Assembly (NCBI GenBank): GCA_050287845.1
Contig: JBNKCR010000129.1
Location: 7,364-71,363 of the forward strand
From: Polyangia bacterium
GTDB taxonomy: Bacteria; Myxococcota_A; Polyangia; JAAYKL01
Reading direction: 5' to 3'
Length of the DNA: 64,000 bases
Shown here: positions 10,166 through 20,124 of the stretch, piece after piece
How positions within the stretch are numbered: position 1 is the first letter of the stretch
Layout: every line of letters begins with the position of its first letter
Notes under the pieces: model-generated
Database searches by the model: none
Told to the model about the DNA's origin: nothing
What the model saw: only the letters and a program-made list of their open reading frames with translations
Position numbers and translations under genes: made by a program

Positions 10166-11380
10166 ATGTATTCTTCAACAATTAAGCCGAATCATCAGGA
10201 TCTGATGGGAGAAGGCAAGCAGTGGAGCGGTGGCATCGGTGCATTTGAAACCGTTCAGGCCGGGATTATTCCCTGCAGGAAGTCGGGTACCAACGGAACA
10301 GAAACGGTTTCATCCAACTGCTGGACAATCTGTTTTACCGCGGATTGGGTGGTGGTGGTGATGTGCGCGGGGGATTCTCAGATGCCACTCTCCTATGTGG
10401 CCGCGAATCGGGCGGAAAATATCGGGATGTCGGTACTGCAGTATGTGGATGTCCAGGGTGCTGCGGACACAATGGATAAACATCTGGATTCATATCTCGC
10501 CCCCGATGGCATTCTGGCGATGGATGTCATCAAGCTGGCCAAAGATGAAATACAGAAATTGGCCTCGATTTCGGAAACCAGATTCAAGGGCGCATTTCAC
10601 GGTGAACTGTACAATCTGCATAAAACGGGGCTGTCCATGGCCATTGGCGTGGTGTGTATAGACCGGTCCAGTCGCGACGCAGTGCTGTGGAAGTGTGGCA
10701 ATATCGACATCCTGTATAAGTATGGTGTCGATTATCTGTTGCAGGCGGCGTTTGAGGAGGATTCAACAGTCTGGTCCAGTAAAACCGGGTTGACGGCGTC
10801 TGCCCAGCTGTTGAAGTGCCAGGGAGTGGCGCAAATCAGCATGCGCAGCGCCGGCGCCAGGGACATGGCCTGTGCCATTTCGGAAACCAGCCTGCCGGAC
10901 TCGGAGTTCCAGCTCATTCGCACCGAGGAGGATGCCGCCTGGGTAACATGGTGTGCGACATCGGCGCCGGAAGAATTGGTGGAAATCACCAGCCAGCAAT
11001 TTGAGCACGGAAGGGAATTCACCGAAAGCATCCGGCTGGCCGAGGAAAGTGGCCATGGATTCTTTTATCTGGGCAACAGATTCTTTTCCATAGAAAATAT
11101 AGAATCAATATTCAGTGAAGGGGCTGTGGCCAGCGAGACCATGGGGCTCTGTCTGGCCAACTGTTCCCTGATAGACGATGGGTGTATTGCGCTGTTAAGC
11201 AATCTCAGATATGTGCGGTATCTGGATTTACGACACACATCCATAACCCCTGCCAGTCTCACATACCTGCAGAAATTCAAGAATCTGACATTTCTCGATT
11301 TAACTGAAACCCAAATTCGCGCCAGCCATCTTTCGGGGTTGGACTTTCCCGAAGGTATGCGGTTGAGAATCGACATCTGA
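10166..11380 (+). CDS. hypothetical protein with C-terminal leucine-rich-repeat-like segment
   Basis: 404-aa ORF; C-terminus LSNLRYVRYLDLRHTSITPASLTYLQKFKNLTFLDLTETQI has LRR periodicity. Confidence 0.5.
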   Translation: MYSSTIKPNHQDLMGEGKQWSGGIGAFETVQAGIIPCRKSGTNGTETVSSNCWTICFTADWVVVVMCAGDSQMPLSYVAANRAENIGMSVLQYVDVQGAADTMDKHLDSYLAPDGILAMDVIKLAKDEIQKLASISETRFKGAFHGELYNLHKTGLSMAIGVVCIDRSSRDAVLWKCGNIDILYKYGVDYLLQAAFEEDSTVWSSKTGLTASAQLLKCQGVAQISMRSAGARDMACAISETSLPDSEFQLIRTEEDAAWVTWCATSAPEELVEITSQQFEHGREFTESIRLAEESGHGFFYLGNRFFSIENIESIFSEGAVASETMGLCLANCSLIDDGCIALLSNLRYVRYLDLRHTSITPASLTYLQKFKNLTFLDLTETQIRASHLSGLDFPEGMRLRIDI

Positions 11381-11664
11381 TTCTTCTCGTCCAGGTTCAT
11401 GCAATTTTTCGCTCATCGATTCTGAACCCGCTGTCCCGTCGAATCAGGGGACATCAATGGATTTCTCCGCTCCGGCAACGGAACATTTGTTCGATTTTTT
11501 CCTGAGCTGCACCACCGTTGTGACGTCTTTTCCCGGGAGGGCGATGTCTTTTCCGGGGCTTTTCGCTTTTTGGTTTGAACCGGCATGTAAACTGACTATG
11601 ATGACCGCGGTTTCTATGAAATTTACGACAAGTACAACCTGCTATACGATATTGGAATAATTAA

Positions 11665-14154
11665 ATGAAATTTGACCGCTTTCTTCAACGCTGGGCGAGC
11701 ATCGTCTGCCGCTACCCTGTTCGCATCACTGTTTTTGCCCTTGCTTTTGCCCTTGCCGGGGCATTTCTCGCCACTCACATTAAAATAAAGAGTAGTTTCA
11801 CCAATTTGCTTCCGGACAATTCGTCTTCGGTCATCGATTTAAAGGAGATTTCCGCACGCATGGGGGGAATGGGCACCCTGATGATTCAGGTGGAAGGCAA
11901 GAGCCGAAACGACTTGCCGGCCATGGAGAAGTTCGCCGATGATCTGGCGAAGCGAATGGCTGCGTACCCTAAAGATGAAGTGCTTTTTGTGGACTACAAA
12001 GTAGATGCGCCCAAAGGGTTTTTCGAGCGAAATAAATACCTGTATGCCGATAAACAGGAGCTTTCGGATATTTACAAAGAACTCAAGGATTACATCGGCG
12101 ACAAAAAAGCCAAAGCCAATCCGTTCTACATCGATCTCGGAGATAACGACGACGACGAAAAAAAAGAAGCGCTGAATGTGGATGAGTACCGGGAGAAGTA
12201 CAACGAAAAGCTGAGCCGTTTCGATAAATACATTGATGGATATCTTACCAACGAGGCCGGGGATATGCTCATTGTAGTGGTGAAAACCCCCGGCGAAAAT
12301 ACCGGCGTGGATTTTGCGCTTCGCTTTGTGGACAAAGTGGAAAAGGAGATCGCCCAGCTCAATCCCAAAAAGTATTCCAAAAACATGGAGGTGTATCTCA
12401 CCGGAGAGCTCAAAACCCTCCCCGAAGAATACAACGCCCTGCGCAATGACATTCTGTTTGTGTCCAATCTCTGCGTGCTGCTGGTGTTACTGGCCGTATC
12501 CATCTATTACCGGTCGTTCAAGTTGACATTGGTTCTCAGTATTGGCCTGGTGTGTGGGGTGACCACCACCTTCGGTATTGTCTACCTGGCCATCGGATAC
12601 CTCACGGCGGCAACGGCATTTCTTGCGGCGGTGGTTTCCGGGAATGGCATCAATTTTGGCATATACTTCCTGGCGCGGTTCATTGAGGAGCGTGCCAATG
12701 GCAAACCCATGGAAGATACCATCGCCACCACCCTGAAGAGCACGGTGGTGTCGGTGGCCACGGCCGCATTTGCCGCTGGCGCCTCCTATGCATCCCTGAT
12801 GGCCACCCAGTTCAAGGGATTCAACCAGTTCGGGTTCATTGGCGGTATTGGCATGTTGATTTGTCTGGTGTTTGCGCTGACCCTCAACCCCGCATTGCTG
12901 GTTCTGATGGAACGATACTGGCCACTTTCGCAAAAGACGATAAACTCGTTTAAAAACAAAAAGAGTCTGGCGCATGTGGCCGCATGGCTGGTGGAGAACC
13001 ATTCCAGAAAGCTTCTGGTGTTCGGTGCCGTGGCCATTCTGGTATCTACCGTATCCCTGGTGATGTTTCTCCGGGACCCCTTTGAGTACGATTTTCGAAA
13101 TCTTCGCAATCAGTCTTCTCAGAAGTCCGGATCCGGTAAGCGGAGTGGCGAAGCCGAAGCCATTCTGGGAGAGCGGTCCAGTCCACACATCGTACTGGCC
13201 GACAATCTGGAACAGGTGCCTCTCATTAAAAAAGCGCTACGCAAGTATTACAAGGATAATCCTGACGAGCGCTGGCAGGCCATTAAATTCATTAAAACCA
13301 TTTACGACTATCTTCCGGGAACGGTGGCAGAGCAGAAAGAAAAAATCGATATTCTCAATAAAATCCGCGCTCTGGTGCTGAAGAACATCGATTTGCTCGG
13401 TGACGATAAAAAGCGGGACGAAATCATGGAGTTTGTTCCGGAAAAAGAGTTGTCGCCGGTGACGGTGGAAACGGTTCCCGAAGAGCTGGTGCGGCCTTAT
13501 GTGGAGCTGGACGGCACCCGGGGCACGTTGCTGCTGGTGGATATGAACGGCAGTATATGGCGCAAGGAAACCATGGAACGGTTTTCACGGGTCATCAAGC
13601 GGATTCGTCTGGAAGATGGAACAGTTATCCGTTCCAGCGGCAAGGTGGTCATCTTTAACGACATGCTCGATTTTGTGGCCAACGAAGCCCCCTGGGCCAC
13701 CCTGGGGGCGTTCATTGCGGTGCTCATTATTATCGGTATTTCTTTTCGGCGGCTCAAGCATTCGCTCATTGTGGGGGGCGCCATGATGACAGGTGTGATT
13801 CTCATGATGGGCGTTGCAGTGGCGTTTGAACAGAAACTGAACTTCCTTAATTTTATCGCCATTCCCATTCAATTCGGTATCGGGGTGGATTATACGGTGA
13901 ATATCTACGCCCGTTTCCTGCAGGAAGGGCCGGGGTCTATGGGCAGCATCCTGCGAAAAACCGGAGGGGCCGTTCTCATTACCAGCACCACCACCATCAT
14001 CGGGTATGGGTCCATGTGGTTTTCCATCAACGGGGCCATCAACTCCATGGCAAACCTGGCCAACATTGGCGAAGTTACCTGTCTGTTTACAGCCATGTTG
14101 CTGATGCCCGCCTTCGTTGCGGTGTTCGCCCACGGGTTGAAAAAGAAGGCGTAG
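11665..14154 (+). CDS. MMPL-family RND-superfamily exporter (HpnN-like)
   Basis: 829 aa; N-terminal TM helix, large periplasmic loops and two blocks of about six TM helices with sterol-sensing-like GxxxG-rich segments. Confidence 0.8.
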   Translation: MKFDRFLQRWASIVCRYPVRITVFALAFALAGAFLATHIKIKSSFTNLLPDNSSSVIDLKEISARMGGMGTLMIQVEGKSRNDLPAMEKFADDLAKRMAAYPKDEVLFVDYKVDAPKGFFERNKYLYADKQELSDIYKELKDYIGDKKAKANPFYIDLGDNDDDEKKEALNVDEYREKYNEKLSRFDKYIDGYLTNEAGDMLIVVVKTPGENTGVDFALRFVDKVEKEIAQLNPKKYSKNMEVYLTGELKTLPEEYNALRNDILFVSNLCVLLVLLAVSIYYRSFKLTLVLSIGLVCGVTTTFGIVYLAIGYLTAATAFLAAVVSGNGINFGIYFLARFIEERANGKPMEDTIATTLKSTVVSVATAAFAAGASYASLMATQFKGFNQFGFIGGIGMLICLVFALTLNPALLVLMERYWPLSQKTINSFKNKKSLAHVAAWLVENHSRKLLVFGAVAILVSTVSLVMFLRDPFEYDFRNLRNQSSQKSGSGKRSGEAEAILGERSSPHIVLADNLEQVPLIKKALRKYYKDNPDERWQAIKFIKTIYDYLPGTVAEQKEKIDILNKIRALVLKNIDLLGDDKKRDEIMEFVPEKELSPVTVETVPEELVRPYVELDGTRGTLLLVDMNGSIWRKETMERFSRVIKRIRLEDGTVIRSSGKVVIFNDMLDFVANEAPWATLGAFIAVLIIIGISFRRLKHSLIVGGAMMTGVILMMGVAVAFEQKLNFLNFIAIPIQFGIGVDYTVNIYARFLQEGPGSMGSILRKTGGAVLITSTTTIIGYGSMWFSINGAINSMANLANIGEVTCLFTAMLLMPAFVAVFAHGLKKKA

Positions 14155-14336
14155 TTTTTTCCATTCCATTTATTGCCACAGGTTTCGCGCTTTATCCCCG
14201 AAGCAGGCTTCCTTTCCATTGTCGCTGCGAATTCCGCAGGTATGACAGTTGCCCGCCTCTCAGAAGCAATGGTTCATCTCTGGGGGTCATTTATGGATTA
14301 CTTTAGAGATACTTCCGTACATCTCCGGAAGGAGGA

Positions 14337-17177
14337 TTATCCCTTTTCGGCTTTCAGCATGTGAACCACCCGTGAAATGCCGGTGACGATGATGAGACCG
14401 AGGGCGTAGGACATAATGATGAGACTGCCGGTGGAGGTTTTGATGTAGGTATCGCCCGGGCAAAGGGAATAGGAAAAGAGCAGGTTGGAAAATACCACCT
14501 GCAGCAGTAGCAGCGCCGCCGCCAGGGTGGCGGGCAGATACAGATTCGGGCGGCTATCGGGGGTCGATGGCCGCACGGTGAGTCGCACTGTCAGCCAGGC
14601 CAGCAGCAGGGGCTGCAGATAATAAAACACGAGTAGCGCAACACTCACGGGAAGAACCATTGGCATCCGGTAGCCGATAAATGCCTTGAGCACCATGAAG
14701 TTTCCGGGAGTGAACAACTGTCCCTGCATGGTGAGTGTGTGAACAAAGAACACAATAATCAGAAACGCCACATACACATGCCGTCGGAGGCTCCCTTCGA
14801 TATAGGCATTGTGTGCGTACAGCCATCTGAATACCAGTGCCGAGACGAAAAGTACGGTGAACTCTCCCCCTGTTTGCTGCTGGGTCATTACCGCAAGCAG
14901 CAGCAGTAGTAGCCAGTAGTCCCCGTGACCGGGTTTCTCTTTTTTGAGGGCCACAATCAGGAACGCAACCGTTGCCGCGAACAGCACTGCCAGCATGAGA
15001 TTGGAGTCCATGGCACTCAATCGATAAAACAGATGAAGCGAATACACCGCCGCCAGTGCGCTGTAACGAATGGGACGTCCGGCGACACCTTTGTAATGGC
15101 GGTTGATCCAGTATCCGAATCCGGCCAGCGTCACAAAAAAGAGAATACTGTGGCTGAGGGAATTGGTGCGAAGATAAATGGGTAGCTGCCTGAAAAAGTT
15201 GAGGCCGAGTTCGGGAATCTGGCACACGCCGGCAAAGGCAATGATTCCCAGCAGGGGCAAGGCTTTCACCAGCCGGTTTGCCACCGCGCCCGCGTCTGTG
15301 GACTGGTGATAATACGCGGCCGCCAGCAGTACAATATATCCCAGTGGGATAACGTATTGATAGTATCGGCACGGGGTGGCAATGACGAATGCGGTACTGA
15401 GGCCCCACAGCAGCAACGCCCCAACGCCGGGAGCTTCCGTTTTTGTTCGGGAAGCAGTTTTAAGGGCAAATACCAGATACAGCATCGCCGAGATTCCCAG
15501 TGTGGCATACAGATACAGCGCCCGTACGCCCGCAGACTGCTTGAGATACACCTGCGACGGAAACCAGTAAAAAACAAATGAAACTGCGATGGCAGCGATG
15601 GACACAATGCCGGCAGGTCGGAGAATCTGTCGGTTCAGCGCGGGATACAGGGGCATCCCCAGAAGCAGGCTTCCCGCAAACAGCCACCATGAATACGCTT
15701 TGGGCACCGTGAAAATTGCAGCCAGACAAACGATGGCGATGCCGGTGTGCCACAGGGATACGGGGCGGTTGAAGCTGGATGCCCAGAGCAATATCAGGAC
15801 TATGGCCAGAAGAATCCTGGGCAGCAGCAACAACGATGCGCTGGCATCGAATTTAATGCGATTCACCCCGGCAAGGAGCGCATCAATGGATGATGTGTCC
15901 ACGGTTTCACTGTCGCCGAACTGAGCGTTCAATGCGGTGTATAGCTTTTGCTTCTGGTCAAAAAGCTCGCGTTGGGCCAGACTGATCTGGTCCTGATATG
16001 CGGCGGTGAAAATATCCGGGAGCGATCCGCAGTTCTGGGTGGCGAGGGGTGCGCCTGTGAGCACCGATACAATGTTGACAATATCCACCTGGGGAATGGA
16101 CGCCAGCGATGTGTTTTTGATGCCTTCGCCAAAGGCCCACAGAAACGAGGTCTGTTCGTCCTTGCTGATTCCCCCATGCTGTCCGCGTTCGGTGGTGCCA
16201 TGATCACTGAGTACGAGCCACGCAATTTTTTCATTTTTAAATTCATCGGTCAGGTGGAGAAGTTCGGTTTCCAGATGCTGGTGCAGTTCCCTGAGAGGTT
16301 TGCCGTACACACCGTATTTGTGAGACATATGGCCGGTTTCTGCGATATGAATGGTAATGAGACCATTGCGTTTATCGCTGATGGCGGCTCGAAGCTTTTC
16401 CATCATGGTATCTGAGCCGTACTCCACGAAAAGCCCGAGATCCCGTCGGGTGAAGGAATCGTTAATCCCTCGCTTGAAATTGTCCAGCCATAGCGCTTCG
16501 CCGATATGATAGGTGCGCCGACCAGTCATCTGAACATTCTCGAAAATATTGTTGGCCACGGCTTCTTCGGCAAGAAAATCGGATTTTACCTGTACCAGCG
16601 ATGGCTGATCCCCGGTGCCAAGGGTGTAGACACCGGCGATGGTGAAGGTGAAGCTGTCGAGCAGCACCTTTGCCACAAAACCATCATGTTCGGCTTTGGC
16701 GTGCACTCTCTTGAGATTGCGCAGGGCGGTGTCATTGCTCAGGTCATCGTAAATGAACATTACCGTCTGAGATGCAATCGCCTGTCGATCGGTTGGCTGG
16801 GGGGCGAGGTTTGCCACTACTCGGTTCTGAAACCGGAGTTCGAACCATTCGCGTTCATTCAATAGGAACGCGAACGCTACGCCGAAACAGAAAAAAATTA
16901 TTGAGAGTGATGTAATGACCCTGGGTTGGGATAGTCTGAATTCTTTTTGCACAATAACCCCGTTTACGCCGTTTACCCGATACCGGTTGCTGCAATCTGC
17001 TGATGCTGCAGCGACGAAAAGGGATATAGCCTTAAGCCAATAAATTACCAAGGAGAAAAACCGATGAACCTGGCGCTCAGAACGGGGCGATTGGGCAATT
17101 CGCATCATCATTTCGACCACTGTCATCGGGACTGCAAATGAAAAAGGGCAGATTTGGCTTTGTTTGCACTTTTCCAA
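14337..17177 (-). CDS. membrane protein with N-terminal alkaline-phosphatase-superfamily domain (phosphoethanolamine-transferase / PigN-like architecture)
   Basis: 946 aa; TM anchor near aa 87-106; catalytic-type motifs (MFIYDDLSND, HIAETGHMSHKYG, LVLSDHGTTERGQHGG); then about 500 aa of polytopic membrane domain. Start uncertain (alternative Met at 17105). Confidence 0.7.
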   Translation of the reverse strand: MEKCKQSQICPFSFAVPMTVVEMMMRIAQSPRSERQVHRFFSLVIYWLKAISLFVAAASADCSNRYRVNGVNGVIVQKEFRLSQPRVITSLSIIFFCFGVAFAFLLNEREWFELRFQNRVVANLAPQPTDRQAIASQTVMFIYDDLSNDTALRNLKRVHAKAEHDGFVAKVLLDSFTFTIAGVYTLGTGDQPSLVQVKSDFLAEEAVANNIFENVQMTGRRTYHIGEALWLDNFKRGINDSFTRRDLGLFVEYGSDTMMEKLRAAISDKRNGLITIHIAETGHMSHKYGVYGKPLRELHQHLETELLHLTDEFKNEKIAWLVLSDHGTTERGQHGGISKDEQTSFLWAFGEGIKNTSLASIPQVDIVNIVSVLTGAPLATQNCGSLPDIFTAAYQDQISLAQRELFDQKQKLYTALNAQFGDSETVDTSSIDALLAGVNRIKFDASASLLLLPRILLAIVLILLWASSFNRPVSLWHTGIAIVCLAAIFTVPKAYSWWLFAGSLLLGMPLYPALNRQILRPAGIVSIAAIAVSFVFYWFPSQVYLKQSAGVRALYLYATLGISAMLYLVFALKTASRTKTEAPGVGALLLWGLSTAFVIATPCRYYQYVIPLGYIVLLAAAYYHQSTDAGAVANRLVKALPLLGIIAFAGVCQIPELGLNFFRQLPIYLRTNSLSHSILFFVTLAGFGYWINRHYKGVAGRPIRYSALAAVYSLHLFYRLSAMDSNLMLAVLFAATVAFLIVALKKEKPGHGDYWLLLLLLAVMTQQQTGGEFTVLFVSALVFRWLYAHNAYIEGSLRRHVYVAFLIIVFFVHTLTMQGQLFTPGNFMVLKAFIGYRMPMVLPVSVALLVFYYLQPLLLAWLTVRLTVRPSTPDSRPNLYLPATLAAALLLLQVVFSNLLFSYSLCPGDTYIKTSTGSLIIMSYALGLIIVTGISRVVHMLKAEKG

Positions 17178-17300
17178 TGATTACCATGGAGTGGGTAAAG
17201 AAGTTCACAATGAACGATTTTTACGTTAAGAGTTCCAGATAGATTACTCGGGAGACGCCCCCGGACCGGGTGCTCCCCCAGGAGACAGGGTTACTGTAAG

Positions 17301-19436
17301 ATGGCTCATTTTGGTGAAGTTTCGATTGTCGCAACTGCTCTTTTAACACTGATTGCGGTTTGGTTGGGTCTGTTCAGAAAAGATGCGAAATCTGATGATG
17401 CATTACGACGAATCATTCTGGCTGCAGCCACCATGGGGACCGTGGCTGGTGCTGTGCTGGTGTTTTTACTGGTGACCCACGATTATCGCGTTGCATATGT
17501 GCGGATGTATGCGGCTCGCTCCATGACATTGGGATATCTCGTCACCGCTCTGTGGGGAGGCCAGCAGGGGTCGCTCATGTTCTGGGCAATGCTTCAGTCA
17601 TGGTGCATGGCCGCAGTGGCATACTGGTTCAGGGAAAAGGATGAGCGCCTTATCCGGGTTGCCCTTGGAATTCTGGGGGGGATTGCGGTGTTCTTCTGGC
17701 TGCTGGTGCTGACTCAATCGAACCCGTTCAAGTTGAACGGTGAGGATCCGCTCACCAGTTCCGGTCTGAATCCATTGCTGCGGAACCCGTATATGGTGTT
17801 TCACCCGCCCACGCTGTTTCTGGGATTTGCCGGCTTCTCCATCCCATTTGCGATTGGACTGGCGGCCATGGTCCGGGGTCGGAGCGACAGCGAGTGGCTG
17901 GTGCCGCTTCGCCCGTTTGTCCTGGTGGCATTTGCCTTTCTCAGTGTGGGCAATATTCTGGGAATGGTCTGGGCATATGAGGAACTCGGGTGGGGCGGAT
18001 ACTGGGGATGGGACCCGGTGGAAAACGCGTCCCTGATGCCCTGGTTTACCGGCACTGCACTGGTGCACGCCATGATGGCCCAACGCCGATGGGGAATCAT
18101 GAAGCGCTGGACGCTTTCGCTGATTGTTGTAACCTGGCTGCTCACCATTTTTGGCACCTTTCTTACCCGCAGCGGCATCATTCAATCGGTGCATGCATTT
18201 TCTGATGCCACGGAGGGACCGTATCTGCTGGGGATCATCGGACTGGTGCTGGTGGCGTTTATCATTCTGATGATTGGGCGGTACAAGTCTCTTCATCCCG
18301 ATATGAAAGTGGAGCTCTGGTCCAGACAATGGATGTTTGAGCTGTCCAACTGGCTTTTCACTGCGGCGCTGCTCTTTGTGGGGCTGACAACCCTGTGGCC
18401 GCTGTTTCACGGGCTTCTCGAAGGGGAACAGGCCATGGTACCACCGGCCTTCTTTAACAAGTGGATGGTCCCCATTGGTCTGACGCTGTTTGCCACCGTG
18501 GGTGCATGTACGTTGCTGCCCGGGTCCAAAGCCTTGCGTCGGCCCGAAATTAGGCGCACCGTGCTGTCTCAGGCCATTGTGATTTCGATACTTTCGGCGG
18601 GCGCGGGCCTGCTGGTGGGGATACATCCGAATCTCGGTGGCGCGATGTCTGTGGCACCGGCAATCTCTGTTGGTCTGATTGTATTTGTGATGTTGTCGTT
18701 GTTCATTCAGATGCGAAAGAGTTATCTGGCGGGAAGTCGGACACGGCTTGGCGGGCAAACCGTGCACCTGGCGATGGTGTTGATGTACATCGGGTTTACC
18801 GGTGCGGGATTTGTGACAGAGAAAAAGGCCAATGTGGGTATGGGCGAATTCATGTATCTCGACGATGTGAAAATCACGTTTCTCGGATTGCGCTCCGACG
18901 TCAATTATGAGCGGGAAGCGCTGTTTGCCGACCTGGAAGTGGTGGAATCCACTGGCGCCGTTACTCTGGTTTCTCCGGCCCGTTATCTGTATCATTCTCA
19001 TCCGAAGCAGCCCACCAGCGAGGTCAATATTCTGATGGGCGTTAAACGCGATTTGTTTTTTATTCTTGGGGAAACGGAGGCCCAGACCGGGCGGGCGGTG
19101 ATTAAAGTATTGTCAAATCCACTGGTGATCTGGATTTGGCTTGGCGGTGTGCTTCTCGTGTTTGGTGCGCTACTGGCAATGTCCCGGGCAGGACTCAGAG
19201 ATGTTCTGCAAATGAAGCCCGCTATGCGGCAGCGGCTGTTTCCACTGGGCGTTGGTGCGATAGCTGTCGCGGCGGTATTGCTACCCGGCTATCTGTGGCT
19301 GGGGGTCCCGGGCGCCATAGCCTTTTTCGGTGTCCTCGGGCTTTTGACCGCTTTCGGTCTTCTCATGTATGCCGTGGTGAAAAAGACGACCATTGGGGAT
19401 GGCAATACAATTGAGCATGCGGATGACGGCAATTGA
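17301..19436 (+). CDS. ccmF: cytochrome c-type biogenesis heme lyase CcmF
   Basis: 711 aa; WWD-domain signature WGGYWGWDPVENASLMPW (aa 231-248); collinear with E. coli CcmF including the N-terminal WGGQQGSLMFW block. Confidence 0.85.
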   Translation: MAHFGEVSIVATALLTLIAVWLGLFRKDAKSDDALRRIILAAATMGTVAGAVLVFLLVTHDYRVAYVRMYAARSMTLGYLVTALWGGQQGSLMFWAMLQSWCMAAVAYWFREKDERLIRVALGILGGIAVFFWLLVLTQSNPFKLNGEDPLTSSGLNPLLRNPYMVFHPPTLFLGFAGFSIPFAIGLAAMVRGRSDSEWLVPLRPFVLVAFAFLSVGNILGMVWAYEELGWGGYWGWDPVENASLMPWFTGTALVHAMMAQRRWGIMKRWTLSLIVVTWLLTIFGTFLTRSGIIQSVHAFSDATEGPYLLGIIGLVLVAFIILMIGRYKSLHPDMKVELWSRQWMFELSNWLFTAALLFVGLTTLWPLFHGLLEGEQAMVPPAFFNKWMVPIGLTLFATVGACTLLPGSKALRRPEIRRTVLSQAIVISILSAGAGLLVGIHPNLGGAMSVAPAISVGLIVFVMLSLFIQMRKSYLAGSRTRLGGQTVHLAMVLMYIGFTGAGFVTEKKANVGMGEFMYLDDVKITFLGLRSDVNYEREALFADLEVVESTGAVTLVSPARYLYHSHPKQPTSEVNILMGVKRDLFFILGETEAQTGRAVIKVLSNPLVIWIWLGGVLLVFGALLAMSRAGLRDVLQMKPAMRQRLFPLGVGAIAVAAVLLPGYLWLGVPGAIAFFGVLGLLTAFGLLMYAVVKKTTIGDGNTIEHADDGN

Positions 19437-20124
19437 ACGAATAGACCACATATCCATTAAAGAGGTGACCAAACTGTTCGGCGCGCAGGCAGCGCTGAAG
19501 AAAGTGTCACTCGATTTCCGAACAGGGGAAACTGTGGGGATTATCGGCCAGAACGGTGCGGGAAAGTCCACGTTGCTTTCCATTCTGTCCACGGTGATGA
19601 AACCGACTTATGGGTGCATGGAAGTGAATGGCGCCGCCGCTGGTCCCCTGTTGCGCGGCAGAATCGGGGTGTTGTCCCACAAGGCATTGGTATATCCCGA
19701 GTTGACCTGCGAAGAGAATCTTACCCTTTTTGCTGATTTGTACGGAGTCAATCGAAGCACGGTTACCCGTCTGGAAAAACAACTGTTTCTGACGGAATTT
19801 TTTGCAGATCGGCCCGCTGGAGTGTTGTCGCGGGGGCAGTTGCAGCGACTTTCGCTGGCCAGGGCGCTGATTGCTTCTCCGGATGTTCTATTGTTGGACG
19901 AACCCTCTTCAGGCCTGGATGGAAAGTCCACCCGGTTGATTGAAACACTGGTTGCCGAACATCGCGAGAAGCAGGGGATTTCCCTTATGGTGTCTCATGA
20001 TCCGGCACTGGTGGCGCACTTGTGTACTCGGGTTGTACTGCTGGTTCAGGGGCAGGTGAAAGTGGAATGCGGCGCATGTGACGCAACAGAAATTGCCCGG
20101 ATGCTGGAGGAGAGAGCGCTGTGA
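19423..20124 (+). CDS. ccmA: heme exporter ATP-binding protein CcmA
   Basis: Walker A GQNGAGKST, ABC signature LSRGQLQRLSLARAL, Walker B LLLDEP; overlaps the ccmF stop. ORF opens at 19393; start at MTAIERI chosen. Confidence 0.85.
   Translation: MTAIERIDHISIKEVTKLFGAQAALKKVSLDFRTGETVGIIGQNGAGKSTLLSILSTVMKPTYGCMEVNGAAAGPLLRGRIGVLSHKALVYPELTCEENLTLFADLYGVNRSTVTRLEKQLFLTEFFADRPAGVLSRGQLQRLSLARALIASPDVLLLDEPSSGLDGKSTRLIETLVAEHREKQGISLMVSHDPALVAHLCTRVVLLVQGQVKVECGACDATEIARMLEERAL

Noticed and set aside
12487-13188. 233-aa reverse-strand ORF inside the MMPL gene
   Set aside because: Antisense to a continuous transporter frame with coherent transmembrane segments.
17598-19001. 467-aa reverse-strand ORF inside ccmF
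   Set aside because: Antisense to a well-supported CcmF reading frame; Arg/His/Gln-rich translation typical of an antisense frame in GC-rich coding DNA.
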